Positions 20,836 through 29,609 of a DNA stretch of 32,000 nucleotides are shown one piece after another. The stretch is from Zymomonas mobilis subsp. mobilis ATCC 10988 (lineage in GTDB: Bacteria > Pseudomonadota > Alphaproteobacteria > Sphingomonadales > Sphingomonadaceae), in assembly GCF_000175255.2 (NCBI RefSeq), contig NC_017262.1, positions 1,290,001 through 1,322,000 on the forward strand, written 5' to 3'. The notes beneath the pieces are model-generated. The model did no database searches. It had not been told where the DNA came from and saw only the letters and a list, made by a program, of their open reading frames with translations. Position 1 is the stretch's first letter. Every line of letters begins with the position of its first letter. Both the position numbers and the translations under genes were made by a program.

Positions 20836-21522
20836 TTAAAAAGGACTGATCATTTGGAAGAAGTGACCCAACCAACCCATACGGCTGGCACGCGCAACAT
20901 CTCCGGTTCCGGTGTAGCTGATGCGAGCATCACCAATGCGGGTAGACAAGACATGGTTAGTGCCATCAATATCCCAAGGTCGAACAAGACCGGAAATCCG
21001 GATATGTTCATCCCCACGATTGATGGTCATAATTTTTTCACCACGAATAAGCATAGTCCCATCAGGAAAGACGCGGGCGACGGTTGCCGTAATTTCACCG
21101 GACAGGCTGTTCGACTGTCCAGTCGTGCCTGTTCCTTTGAAATTATGAGAGCTGCTAGCCGTAGCATCTGTCGCTTTAAAAAAGGAAAGGGGGCCGGTCG
21201 TTGGTGGAATAATCGATGCCCCTCCAGAACGAGAGGTCGTCGTATTGGCAGATTTGCTGGCGGCAAAAGATTCAACCAACGTAATCGTCACCATATCGCC
21301 AACATGCGAAGCGCGTGCGCCTGAAATGATCGGCATATAACCATAAGACGGCTGAAAAATAGCGCCATTCGGTACGACTTCCGGCCTTGGATCATCGGGA
21401 TAGGTCGCTGCAAAATTCGGATCTGGCTGGGTAACCTTCTTACGAGCATGGAGCGGTGAAACAGCCAAGACTGCAACCGCTATCAACATTGCCGAAAAAG
21501 AAGGTTTCATAAAATGCGCCAT
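20836..21522 (-). CDS. flgH: flagellar L-ring protein FlgH
   Basis: ARASHVGDMVTITLVESFAASKSANTTTSR...ITATVARVFPDGTMLIRGEKIMTINRGDEHIRISGLVRPWDI. Confidence 0.93.
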   Translation of the reverse strand: MAHFMKPSFSAMLIAVAVLAVSPLHARKKVTQPDPNFAATYPDDPRPEVVPNGAIFQPSYGYMPIISGARASHVGDMVTITLVESFAASKSANTTTSRSGGASIIPPTTGPLSFFKATDATASSSHNFKGTGTTGQSNSLSGEITATVARVFPDGTMLIRGEKIMTINRGDEHIRISGLVRPWDIDGTNHVLSTRIGDARISYTGTGDVARASRMGWLGHFFQMISPF

Positions 21523-21523
21523 A

Positions 21524-22315
21524 TTAAGAAATCTGCTGGTTGATATATTGCAGCATCTCGTCAGAAGCCTTGACCATTTTCGAGTTCACTTCATAAGCGC
21601 GCTGCGTTTCGATCATATCGACTAATTCCTGAACAATATTGACGTTGGATTGTTCAAGCTCGCCCTGCAAAATATAGCCCATACCATCCTGCTGCGGCAG
21701 ACCGATTTGCGGCTGTCCCGATGATTGGGTTTCAATATAAAGATTCTGACCTGTTGCCTGCAAACCCGCTGGATTGATAAAGCGGACAGTCTGGATCTGT
21801 CCTACTTGGTTCGACTGCGTTTGGCCTTGCAGCTGAACAGAAACCGTTCCATCTTCACCGATTGTGATCTGCTCGGCATTTTGCGGAATATTGATATTCG
21901 GGATTAACGGCTTACCATCATCGGTCACAATCTGACCATCTTGAGATAACTGAAAGTTACCGGCGCGGGTATAACCAATGGTTCCATCTGGTAACTGAAT
22001 CTGGAAATAGCCGACACCTGAAACCGCAAGATCAAGGGAATTGCCGGTATTCACAAAAGACCCTTGGGTTTCCTGCCGTTCAGTGGCGATAGTTTGGACA
22101 CCAGAACCCAAGGTTAAACCCGTTGCATAATAATAGCTGTTGGTTGACTGGGCACCCGGCTGTCTTTCTGCCTGATAAGCCAAGGTCTCAAAGGCTGCCC
22201 GATCACGTTTAAAAGCGGTCGTATTAACGTTCGCAAGGTTGTTTGCGATAATCCGCATACGGGTGTTTTGGGCATCCAATCCGGTTCTTGCAACTTGCAG
22301 CGGCGTCGTTGGCAT
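21524..22315 (-). CDS. flgG: flagellar distal rod protein FlgG
   Basis: ARTGLDAQNTRMRIIANNLANVNTTAFKRDRAAFETLAYQ...SNVNIVQELVDMIETQRAYEVNSKMVKASDEMLQYINQ. Confidence 0.96.
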   Translation of the reverse strand: MPTTPLQVARTGLDAQNTRMRIIANNLANVNTTAFKRDRAAFETLAYQAERQPGAQSTNSYYYATGLTLGSGVQTIATERQETQGSFVNTGNSLDLAVSGVGYFQIQLPDGTIGYTRAGNFQLSQDGQIVTDDGKPLIPNINIPQNAEQITIGEDGTVSVQLQGQTQSNQVGQIQTVRFINPAGLQATGQNLYIETQSSGQPQIGLPQQDGMGYILQGELEQSNVNIVQELVDMIETQRAYEVNSKMVKASDEMLQYINQQIS

Positions 22316-22367
22316 TCTTTGTATTCCTTACAGTCTAATCTTGTTATGCAGCGGACTTAAGTCAAAC

Positions 22368-23117
22368 CTATTCAGGGATATCCATCAGGCTGGTGCTGCT
22401 TTCATCAAGCTGTCTTGCGGTTGCGACCATTTTGACCGATTGCTCATAAGATCGGCTGGCCTGAATCATATCGACCAAGGCTTGTGTCGGTTCGACATTT
22501 GAATTTTCGAGACTATCCGCCTGAACAGAGGCCGCCGGATCACGGTTTAATGTGCCGCCATCGACAACACGGAATAAACCATCCAATCCCTTTGCAATGC
22601 GATTTCTGGGCTGGGTAGAAGGTGAAACCAATTTGATCTGGTCAATGGCTTCGGGCTGAACCGGATTTTGCCCCGGCAAAATGACATAGACGGTGCCGTC
22701 TTTATCAATCGTAATTTTGTCAGCCGCCCCAATGGTTATAGGGCCTCTTTCGCCGACCAAGGGATGCCCCTCACCATTAACCAGAACGCCCGAATTGGTG
22801 ACTTGCAAGTCACCCCGACGCGTATAGGCTTCTGAACCGTCTTCTGCCTGCACTGCGATCATGGAATCGCCCCCCATCGCGAGATCTAAATCCCGTCCGG
22901 TTTGTTGCACTTCGGCTTTTTGTAAATCAGCCGAATAAATGCCCTGCGATGCCATAGCCCGACTACTGTTACCGCCCCGCAGCCAGAAAGCTGCCTGCGT
23001 TGACAGTTCCTTTTTAAAACCGGGGGTTTCGGTGTTGGACAAATTGGATGCGGTAGCAATCTGCTGCCGCATCGTTGCCCGCATACCAGACAGTGAAGTG
23101 TAAAGAAGACGGTCCAT
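22368..23117 (-). CDS. flgF: flagellar proximal rod protein FlgF
   Basis: MDRLLYTSLSGMRATMRQQIATASNLSNTETPGFKKELSTQAAF...NVEPTQALVDMIQASRSYEQSVKMVATA. Confidence 0.92.
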   Translation of the reverse strand: MDRLLYTSLSGMRATMRQQIATASNLSNTETPGFKKELSTQAAFWLRGGNSSRAMASQGIYSADLQKAEVQQTGRDLDLAMGGDSMIAVQAEDGSEAYTRRGDLQVTNSGVLVNGEGHPLVGERGPITIGAADKITIDKDGTVYVILPGQNPVQPEAIDQIKLVSPSTQPRNRIAKGLDGLFRVVDGGTLNRDPAASVQADSLENSNVEPTQALVDMIQASRSYEQSVKMVATARQLDESSTSLMDIPE

Positions 23118-23156
23118 TTTATTCCCTATGCTTGTCGGTGATTATTCAGCCAAAAA

Positions 23157-24413
23157 TTATGACTGGATATTCATCACATAGCTGACCATCTGGTTATCCG
23201 TGCTGATAGCCTTGGAGTTCGCCTGAAAGTTGCGCTGTTCAGAAATCAGATTAACCAATTCCTGCGTCAGATCGATATTCGACAATTCCAAAGCACCGGA
23301 CTGCACAGAGCCCAAACCGGAAGTATCGGCTTCACGATAGTTCAGGTTGCCGGACGTACCGGTTACCGTCCAGTTGGCATTACCCGTAGAGTGAAGACCA
23401 TTACGGTTGTTCACATCACCCAAAGCAACGGCACCCAAAATATACTGGTTACCATTGGCAAAGGTAGCGGTTACCTTACCGTCAGTTGCAACGGCAATAT
23501 TGCTGAGGGCTGAAGAAGTGTCGCCGCTTTCATCCTTCTGAATAGGGGAAACCTTGCCGGTTGTATCTTCTGCGCCACTGGCATCCATGATCTTTCCAGT
23601 ATAAGTGCTTCCATTTGAAGCCAGGGTGCCAAGGCTAGTGATATTAGTTAAAGTTGTTCCCGTAGCTGACGGGTTTACGGTGGCGGTTGCATTGGTTGAC
23701 GTGTAGGTAACCGTATTGGCCACACGCGTACTAGCATTATCTACCCTACCGCCTGTAATGGTTAATACGCCACCTGAAAGTTTCGTGTTCGCTGTATCTG
23801 TGTATCCGGCACCGCCTAGCGTAATTTTTGCACCATAGATCGTGTGACCATCAACCGTAACATTTCCAGTTGCAGCTAAACTATTGCCTACAGTGACCAA
23901 GCTGCCTTTATCGGTAGAATCAAGCGTTATCTGGTCTTCATAAGACGGCAGAGTTAAATTTTTGACCGTACGTCCACCCGTTGCCGAAGCCGTATCGCCA
24001 TTGGTGTAGATATTGCCAGAATTATCGGTTGCATAGACCTGCAGATAATGGCCATCAGAGGTAACAACATTGTTATTCTTGTCGGTCAGGAAGCTACCAT
24101 CACGGGTCAAAGAAATCGTGCCGGAAGCGCCTTGGGATTTAACCAAGAAGAAACCATCACCATTGACCATCATGTCAAGCGCGCGGTTAGTGGTCTTCAT
24201 GCTACCAGAGGTAAAATCCTGAATAGTGGCACGGAGGCGAGTACCCTGACCAATATTTTTGGCAGAAGCAAGCGGAGAATCCGCAACCAATTCACCAAAA
24301 TCGGTCGTGGTTTTCTTAAAACCATAAGAACCGGAGTTGGCGATATTGTTTGACGTAACCGAAAGGTCAGTCTGGGCAGCATTAAGACCCGTTAAAGAGG
24401 TATAAAAAGCCAT
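23157..24413 (-). CDS. flgE: flagellar hook protein FlgE
   Basis: MAFYTSLTGLNAAQTDLSVTSNNIANSGSYGFKKTTTDFGELV...SNIDLTQELVNLISEQRNFQANSKAISTDNQMVSYVMNI. Confidence 0.94.
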   Translation of the reverse strand: MAFYTSLTGLNAAQTDLSVTSNNIANSGSYGFKKTTTDFGELVADSPLASAKNIGQGTRLRATIQDFTSGSMKTTNRALDMMVNGDGFFLVKSQGASGTISLTRDGSFLTDKNNNVVTSDGHYLQVYATDNSGNIYTNGDTASATGGRTVKNLTLPSYEDQITLDSTDKGSLVTVGNSLAATGNVTVDGHTIYGAKITLGGAGYTDTANTKLSGGVLTITGGRVDNASTRVANTVTYTSTNATATVNPSATGTTLTNITSLGTLASNGSTYTGKIMDASGAEDTTGKVSPIQKDESGDTSSALSNIAVATDGKVTATFANGNQYILGAVALGDVNNRNGLHSTGNANWTVTGTSGNLNYREADTSGLGSVQSGALELSNIDLTQELVNLISEQRNFQANSKAISTDNQMVSYVMNIQS

Positions 24414-24453
24414 TTAAAAGCTCTCCTGAAGGAAGGGCAAAGGGTTAAAGGAT

Positions 24454-25146
24454 TTAGCTGATGCTGGTAATGTCGCTGGGATCATAGGTTCCAAGCGATG
24501 TCACGATTTGCGTCGTGCCACTGGCCGGAGAATTGACGGCATCAATCATTGTCCATGTGGATGTAGAGTTGCTGACACTACCACCAGAGCTATTGGTTGC
24601 ATTGACTTTGACAGTCAAAGGCCCTGATACGGCATTGCCGCTGCTGTCATTGCCCGAGAATGAGAAGCTAACATCGCCTGCGCTTTGCGAACCGTAATCT
24701 TTGGAATAGACCACTTTTCCGGCGCTATCGGCAAGGCTGATTTTGACATCGGAAGCGGCGCTATCCAATTTGACCTGTCCGGCAAAGGTGCCATCAATCG
24801 AGGTCGCAATATTGGAACTGACCAAGCCAGCTTTACCGATCCAGTTCGATACATTGCCAAGGCGGGAATTAGAAACATCGCTTTGAATAGAGCTGACCGT
24901 CGTGTTTAACTGGTTAATACCGGCAACACTGGAGAACTGCGCCATCTGGGCGGCCATTTGCGTGTTATCGACCGGACTATCAGGATCTTGATATTTTAGC
25001 TGCGTCGTCAGAAGCGTTAAAAAATCGGTCGAGCTTAAAGCTGCCGTCGGGTCTTTTGAACTGCTTGTGCTATTTGACGAGGTGCTGGAACCACTGGATA
25101 GCTGGTTGATATAACTTTGGCCGGATACCGACGATGTTGATGACAT
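24454..25146 (-). CDS. flgD: flagellar hook-capping protein FlgD
   Basis: LSSTDFLTLLTTQLKYQDPDSPVDNTQMAAQMAQFSSVAGINQLNTT, the FlgD N-terminal motif. Confidence 0.93.
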   Translation of the reverse strand: MSSTSSVSGQSYINQLSSGSSTSSNSTSSSKDPTAALSSTDFLTLLTTQLKYQDPDSPVDNTQMAAQMAQFSSVAGINQLNTTVSSIQSDVSNSRLGNVSNWIGKAGLVSSNIATSIDGTFAGQVKLDSAASDVKISLADSAGKVVYSKDYGSQSAGDVSFSFSGNDSSGNAVSGPLTVKVNATNSSGGSVSNSTSTWTMIDAVNSPASGTTQIVTSLGTYDPSDITSIS

Positions 25147-25207
25147 GATATTCTCCTAAAGGTCGCAGATAAGCAAAATGTTAAACTCGGATTACTCTAA
25201 TTTTTAA

Positions 25208-25612
25208 TTAACGTTCCATTTTTAACGTATCGAGCGTGAGCGATTTTGCCGTCTGCATAACCTGCACATTGTTTTGGTAGTCACGTGCGGTTTCAATCAT
25301 CTCGACCATTTCTTGTGCTGTATCGACACCTGCCGCCCATACATCGCCATTTTCATCCGCCAAGGGATGCGTCGGATCGTGAATTTGGGTTGGCGGGCTA
25401 CCTGTTGCGACTACCTTGTTAACTTTGACAGTGGCAATGCCGGGCGATTGGGTCACTGTTGAAAAGATAGGCTTTAAGGGATGAAAGGCTGCTTCCTTGC
25501 TGCTCGCCACGGAATTGGCGTTGGCAAGGTTGGACGCATTGGTATTCAGACGAACCAACTGGGCGGACATAGCCCGACCAGAAATATCAAAAATAGAAAG
25601 AGGCCGATCCAT
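25208..25612 (-). CDS. flgC: flagellar basal-body rod protein FlgC
   Basis: IFDISGRAMSAQLVRLNTNASNLANANSVASS...MVEMIETARDYQNNVQVMQTAKSLTLDTL. Confidence 0.93.
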   Translation of the reverse strand: MDRPLSIFDISGRAMSAQLVRLNTNASNLANANSVASSKEAAFHPLKPIFSTVTQSPGIATVKVNKVVATGSPPTQIHDPTHPLADENGDVWAAGVDTAQEMVEMIETARDYQNNVQVMQTAKSLTLDTLKMER

Positions 25613-25620
25613 AAAACGCC

Positions 25621-25974
25621 TTATTCTCCCTTCAAGGATGACATAACGTCAGACATACGATCTTGGATAAAGGTCAATGTCGAACGATATTTCAAACCGT
25701 TTTCGGCAAATTGCGCTTGTTCGGTTGGCAATTCGACCGTGTTTCCATCGATAGATTTGTCAATCGGCACTCGGTATCCCATCGCATCATTGACGGCTTC
25801 TTCAGTCTCATTGCCAGAAGTGGCTTCGCCCAATGCTTTGTTAAAATCGATATCCCGCGCTTTATAGTTAGGTGTTGCCGCATTGGCGATGTTCGAAGCC
25901 AGCATTGCCATGCGTTGATTTCTCAACACAAGAGCATCGCCCTGAATACCGAACAGAGTTGAACTGATCGCCAT
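25621..25974 (-). CDS. flgB: flagellar basal-body rod protein FlgB
   Basis: ALVLRNQRMAMLASNIANAATPNYKARDIDFNKAL...NGLKYRSTLTFIQDRMSDV. Confidence 0.93.
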   Translation of the reverse strand: MAISSTLFGIQGDALVLRNQRMAMLASNIANAATPNYKARDIDFNKALGEATSGNETEEAVNDAMGYRVPIDKSIDGNTVELPTEQAQFAENGLKYRSTLTFIQDRMSDVMSSLKGE

Positions 25975-26020
25975 GTCGCCCCCTTAAAATAGAGTCTCAA
26001 AAAGAATGTGTGGATTTCTA

Positions 26021-26040
26021 TTCAAAAGCTGTGCCAAATG
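26021..26040 (-). promoter_or_regulatory. candidate sigma54-type -24/-12 element upstream of flgB
   Basis: Minus-strand sequence TTGGCACAGCTTTTGAA about 50 bp upstream of the flgB start. The -24 box is a perfect TTGGCAC; the -12 position reads TTGA instead of TTGC. Confidence 0.5.
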
Positions 26041-26186
26041 GTTAAATGTCGCGGAAAGGCGATTTCTTCGGCAGGTTTTTAATAGAAAAAAGGCGAGCGA
26101 TTGCCGGAAGCGGCAAAAATTTGCCGATAGTTGCCGCTTTGCTTTGCCGGATGCCATCTTATTTTTCTTACAAAAAGAGGGGCTTA

Positions 26187-26882
26187 ATGTATCTTCTGAC
26201 GTCAGTTAGTCATTTTTTTGACGCCGCCGCCTTTCTGCTGGTGCTTGTGGGAAGTTTTCTTATTGCCCTATTCCGATCAACAGCGGCTGACATTCTGCGG
26301 GCATTTAAAGCCTTCCAGCCGTTACTCACGGCCAAGCCAGAACATGATGGCGAAGTTGCCGATCGGGCATTGCAGGCGGTATTACAGCAAACCAAGGCAA
26401 AAGGTATCGCGACGGCTGATCGGATAGATATTACTTTTGCGCCTCTCTTTTTACAAAAGGCGGTAGGTCGGCTGACTGACTGCCGTGACCCTGATGATTT
26501 CCGGCAATGGATAACGGGACAATTGGAAAAACGGAAGAATCGGCATCAAGGGGCAATCAATTTTTGGTATATCGTGGGCGATGTTGCTCCCTCTGTCGCC
26601 ATGATTGGGACGGTTGTCGGGTTGGTCAACATGTTTTCCCATCTAAGCGACGTTAACAGTCTGGGGCCTTCTATGGCGATGGCTATTTTAACCACGCTTT
26701 ATGGCTTATGTCTTTCAACCTTGATTGCTGCCCCGATCGCCGGACGGTTGGAATATCTATCGGACATGGAAGGGCAATGGTGGAAAAGAGTGGCGGACAC
26801 TCTGATTTCTTCTGTTACGGATGAATTGAAGCCGCCGGTTATCAAACTGCCCCCCGTCAAAACCAGTATAATAGAGGACTAA
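26187..26882 (+). CDS. second MotA/PomA-like stator subunit (MotA/TolQ/ExbB family)
   Basis: MYLLTSVSHFFDAAAFLLVLVGSFLIALFR...NFWYIVGDVAPSVAMIGTVVGLVNMFSHLSDVNSLGPSMAMAILTTLYGLCLSTLIAAPIAGRLEYLS closely follows the MotA/PomA TM3-TM4 pattern. Confidence 0.88.
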   Translation: MYLLTSVSHFFDAAAFLLVLVGSFLIALFRSTAADILRAFKAFQPLLTAKPEHDGEVADRALQAVLQQTKAKGIATADRIDITFAPLFLQKAVGRLTDCRDPDDFRQWITGQLEKRKNRHQGAINFWYIVGDVAPSVAMIGTVVGLVNMFSHLSDVNSLGPSMAMAILTTLYGLCLSTLIAAPIAGRLEYLSDMEGQWWKRVADTLISSVTDELKPPVIKLPPVKTSIIED

Positions 26883-26887
26883 ATCCC

Positions 26888-27544
26888 GTGAAGCTGAAAA
26901 GAAATTCACGCTGGACAGTCAGCTATATCGACCTTTTGATGACGATTCTCGGCTTTTTTGTGCTGCTTTATGCCCGAGAGCATGACCCGAAAGAAGTTGC
27001 GGATAGCTTACGCTCTGCCTTTAATCACGAAGATCACAATAGGCAGAAAAATAATGGGGCAGGGGGCAGCGCTCTTCAATCAGATGTCAATAAGACGGCT
27101 TCGCCAGCTGATGCAATGAAAGCCAATGATACAAATACAAGCAATGCCAAAGACGATAACAAAAGCACAACCGACAATTGTTTAACTAAAACAGGTGCCG
27201 CTTGTCCGACGCAAGATTTTCTGGCGGATGATTTATTTTCGCCTCAAGATGCCATTTTGACAGATAAAGGGAAGGCTGCATTAGCCCAATTTGCCAAGAA
27301 AGCGGCACGGGCATCAGCTTATTTTATGATTGAAAGCCATGGCATTGGTAATGGCACTGCCCGATTTGATAAATGGGAACTGGCGGCGGCACGAACAGCT
27401 TCGGTGGCAAGACAGCTCAAATCATCAGGCGTTGATGAAAATCATTTAAAAATCATGATGGCACCCGATAACCCCTTGGCGGATAACGGCCAGCATTTAC
27501 TCATTACCATTAGTAAAGAGAATAAGACGATGCCTGTAAAATAA
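26888..27544 (+). CDS. second MotB-like stator subunit, short/divergent OmpA-like domain
   Basis: NSRWTVSYIDLLMTILGFFVLLYARE: single TM with Asp at the MotB proton-site position. C-terminal AYFMIESHGIGNGTARFDKWELAAARTASVARQLKSSGVDENHLKIMMAPDNPLADNGQHLLITI looks like a reduced OmpA domain. Pairs with the preceding gene, 5-nt gap. Confidence 0.78.
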   Translation: MKLKRNSRWTVSYIDLLMTILGFFVLLYAREHDPKEVADSLRSAFNHEDHNRQKNNGAGGSALQSDVNKTASPADAMKANDTNTSNAKDDNKSTTDNCLTKTGAACPTQDFLADDLFSPQDAILTDKGKAALAQFAKKAARASAYFMIESHGIGNGTARFDKWELAAARTASVARQLKSSGVDENHLKIMMAPDNPLADNGQHLLITISKENKTMPVK

Positions 27545-27584
27545 CGATAGAAGGCTCTTTGCACCCTTTCTTCACGCTAATTTA

Positions 27585-28426
27585 GGTTCTGTTAGATCTT
27601 GATCCAGTCTGCGACGGCAGCGATATGGATGACAGCGAGGAACGAGGTTGCTGTTTTTTCGTATCTGGTAGCGACAGCGCGCCACTCTTTGAGGCGAGCC
27701 CAGAGGTTTTCAACGAGATGCCGGCAACGATAAGCCCATTTATGGCAGGCGACCGGTGCATCACGTCGTTTTGTAGAAATGGCTGGTCGAGCCCCCATGT
27801 CCCAGATCCGTTCACGGAAAGCATCCGAAGCATAGCCTTTGTCAGCTACGACCCACATGGGAACAGAGGGGAGATGTTCGAGCATGACTGGCTCCATTGG
27901 CAGTCCATGAGCCTATCAGGGCGCAAGAGTAAAATTTATAGCTTTCCCGTGTCCATCAGCAATTACACAAACTTTCGTGCCATAGCCACCGCGAGAGCGG
28001 CCAAGCGCTTCACGATGGTCTCGCTCTTCGAAAGAAGCCCTTTTTTTCGGCTCCCGCCACCTTATGGTGAGCCCTTATGTTCGTGCCATCTAGAAAAGCC
28101 ATTCCGAGTGCCACTCCCTGTTGTTTCTAAACCCGTTCTAACAAGTGTTCCCATACGCCGAGCTTTGCCCAGCGGATGAAAAGCTGCGCCACATGCCACC
28201 ACGGACCCAGTTCAACGGGAATGCTCCGCCATTTCGTGCCATTCTCATGGCGCCAAAATATCGCGGATATAGTCCGACGCAGATCATGGGGCGGCGTCTT
28301 GCCAATCGGGCGAACTTCCTCAATCAGAGGTCCCCAGGTTGCCCATGTCTCATCCGTAAAAATACCGCCTACGTCTACTTTTTCCATCTCTATAATACAG
28401 AAACTATTTCAAGATCTAACAAGCCC
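27585..28426 (-). mobile_element. IS5-family insertion element, 842 bp, degenerate
   Basis: Terminal inverted repeats GGTTCTGTTAGATCTTGA (27585 on) and TCAAGATCTAACAAGCCC (ending 28426), 15/18 identical, flanked by TA on both sides (27583-27584, 28427-28428). Encloses a disrupted minus-strand IS5-type transposase. Confidence 0.92.
27592..28387 (-). pseudogene. IS5-family transposase, interrupted by stops and a frame change
   Basis: Segments MEKVDVGGIFTDETWATWGPLIEEVRPIGKTPPHDLRRTISAIFWRHENGTKWRSIP...LLERV*; QQGVALGMAFLDGTNIRAHHKVAGAEKKG; ERDHREALGRSRGGYGTKVCVIADGHGKAINFTLAP**AH; ...MWVVADKGYASDAFRERIWDMGARPAISTK...RCRHLVENLWARLKEWRAVATRYEKTATSFLAVIHIAAV. Confidence 0.92.
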
Positions 28427-28951
28427 TAGGCGAAACAGCCATTTTAAGAATGCTCAGAATTTCAAGAAAAAAACCGTATGAAAAAGCCGTATCTTTTAGC
28501 GATGAAATTTGAAATCATCGCATAATAAGATGTTAAAGCGAATAAGCGGTTATCGCAGGGCAGATACATTTTTCTCTAAAATTTAATCGGGCGACTAAAA
28601 TGGGTCGGGCAGATGGTGATTTTGCGCGCACCCAACAGGAATCCTGCGCCTAATTGCTCTTTCCGTAATGAAAAATGCTATCAGTCAGAAAATCTTTATC
28701 TAAAGGCTATTGAAAAAAATAGGAGTCAAAGATCAAAATAAGACTTAGCGGATTGGATGCCGCTTAGTATAACGGCTGCCTGATTGAGAATGTCACGAGG
28801 CAGAAACCATAAAATTATATGATGATATCTCGATGAGGTATCTGTTATTTTGACTTTTCTGCCAGAGATAATTTTGCTTTTTCAGTGGATATAAAAATAT
28901 AGAAAGCAAATCCTGAAAAACGCAGCATAAACAGAGGGATAAAAGGCAATA

Positions 28952-29518
28952 ATGAAAAATAAATATTCATGTTTAGGCTTTTTTTTAGGTAGTTTTGCTT
29001 TTTTATTACCGAATACATCCGTTTTGGCTGCTGATTTTCAGGACTTATCAGCCTTGGATAAACAAATTGCGACCAGTCTCGGTGTTCCTATCGGGGCGGA
29101 AGGCGGTGCCGTAACCCCTGTCGATCGCCGTTTACATTTGGCACAATGCCCAGAATCTGTTGTGGTGGATAAACCGATTGCAGGTTCTGTTTCTGTCCAT
29201 TGTCCATCCCTTGGCTGGCGTATCCGTGTGCCTTTAGTCAGAACCGCTTCTCGTGTGTTACACAGCCGAGAAAATCCACAAAACAGCCAAAATTCAGGAA
29301 ATTCCAAGGAAGATAGCAAAGGAGCTATTCTGGTTAAGAGGGGTGATCCTGTCGAATTAGTAGCAGGAAATAACAGCTTCACCGTGTCTGTTCAGGGCAT
29401 CGCACAACAAGACGGCGCATTAGGCGATCATATCCGCGTCAAGTCTGATCCGAGCAAACCACCTGTTATTGCGGTCGTGGTCGAATCTGGCAAAGTAAGA
29501 ATTCCCGGATTTGAATGA
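28952..29518 (+). CDS. flgA: flagella basal body P-ring formation protein FlgA
   Basis: Signal peptide; C-terminal SAF-like region AILVKRGDPVELVAGNNSFTVSVQGIAQQDGALGDHIRVKSDPSKPPVIAVVVESGKVRI. Confidence 0.88.
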   Translation: MKNKYSCLGFFLGSFAFLLPNTSVLAADFQDLSALDKQIATSLGVPIGAEGGAVTPVDRRLHLAQCPESVVVDKPIAGSVSVHCPSLGWRIRVPLVRTASRVLHSRENPQNSQNSGNSKEDSKGAILVKRGDPVELVAGNNSFTVSVQGIAQQDGALGDHIRVKSDPSKPPVIAVVVESGKVRIPGFE

Positions 29519-29529
29519 TTAAAATGATT

Positions 29530-29555
29530 TAAATAATCGGAAATTTTGCCGTTAT
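29530..29555 (+). promoter_or_regulatory. weak candidate sigma28-type promoter upstream of flgM
   Basis: TAAA-N14-GCCGTTAT (29530-29555), compared with consensus TAAA-N15-GCCGATAA; 55 bp upstream of the flgM start. Confidence 0.35.
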
Positions 29556-29609
29556 AGGGGTATCAGGAGCTTTTTTTATTATTAGTATTTTAAAATCGGG
29601 GCTAATCGA

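Noticed and set aside
19938-21324. Plus-strand ORFs of 143-156 aa opposite flgI/flgH
   Set aside because: FlgI and FlgH are complete on the minus strand; the plus translations show no recognisable domain.
25481-25962. Plus-strand ORFs (128 and 99 aa) opposite flgC/flgB
   Set aside because: Antisense to confident rod genes with no supporting motifs.
26104-26130. Possible sigma28 or sigma54 promoter for the second stator pair (GCCGATAG; GG-N9-GC)
   Set aside because: No TAAA box 15 nt upstream of GCCGATAG, and the GG-GC spacing is 9 rather than 10; not supportable.
28138-28481. Plus-strand ORFs across the 27.6-28.4 kb region (94-101 aa) and the 184-aa ORF at 27625-28179
   Set aside because: Antisense to the decayed transposase of the insertion element.
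28767-28780. GG-N10-GC arrangement upstream of flgA as a sigma54 promoter
   Set aside because: Only the four invariant bases match; the rest of both boxes is absent, so chance is likely.
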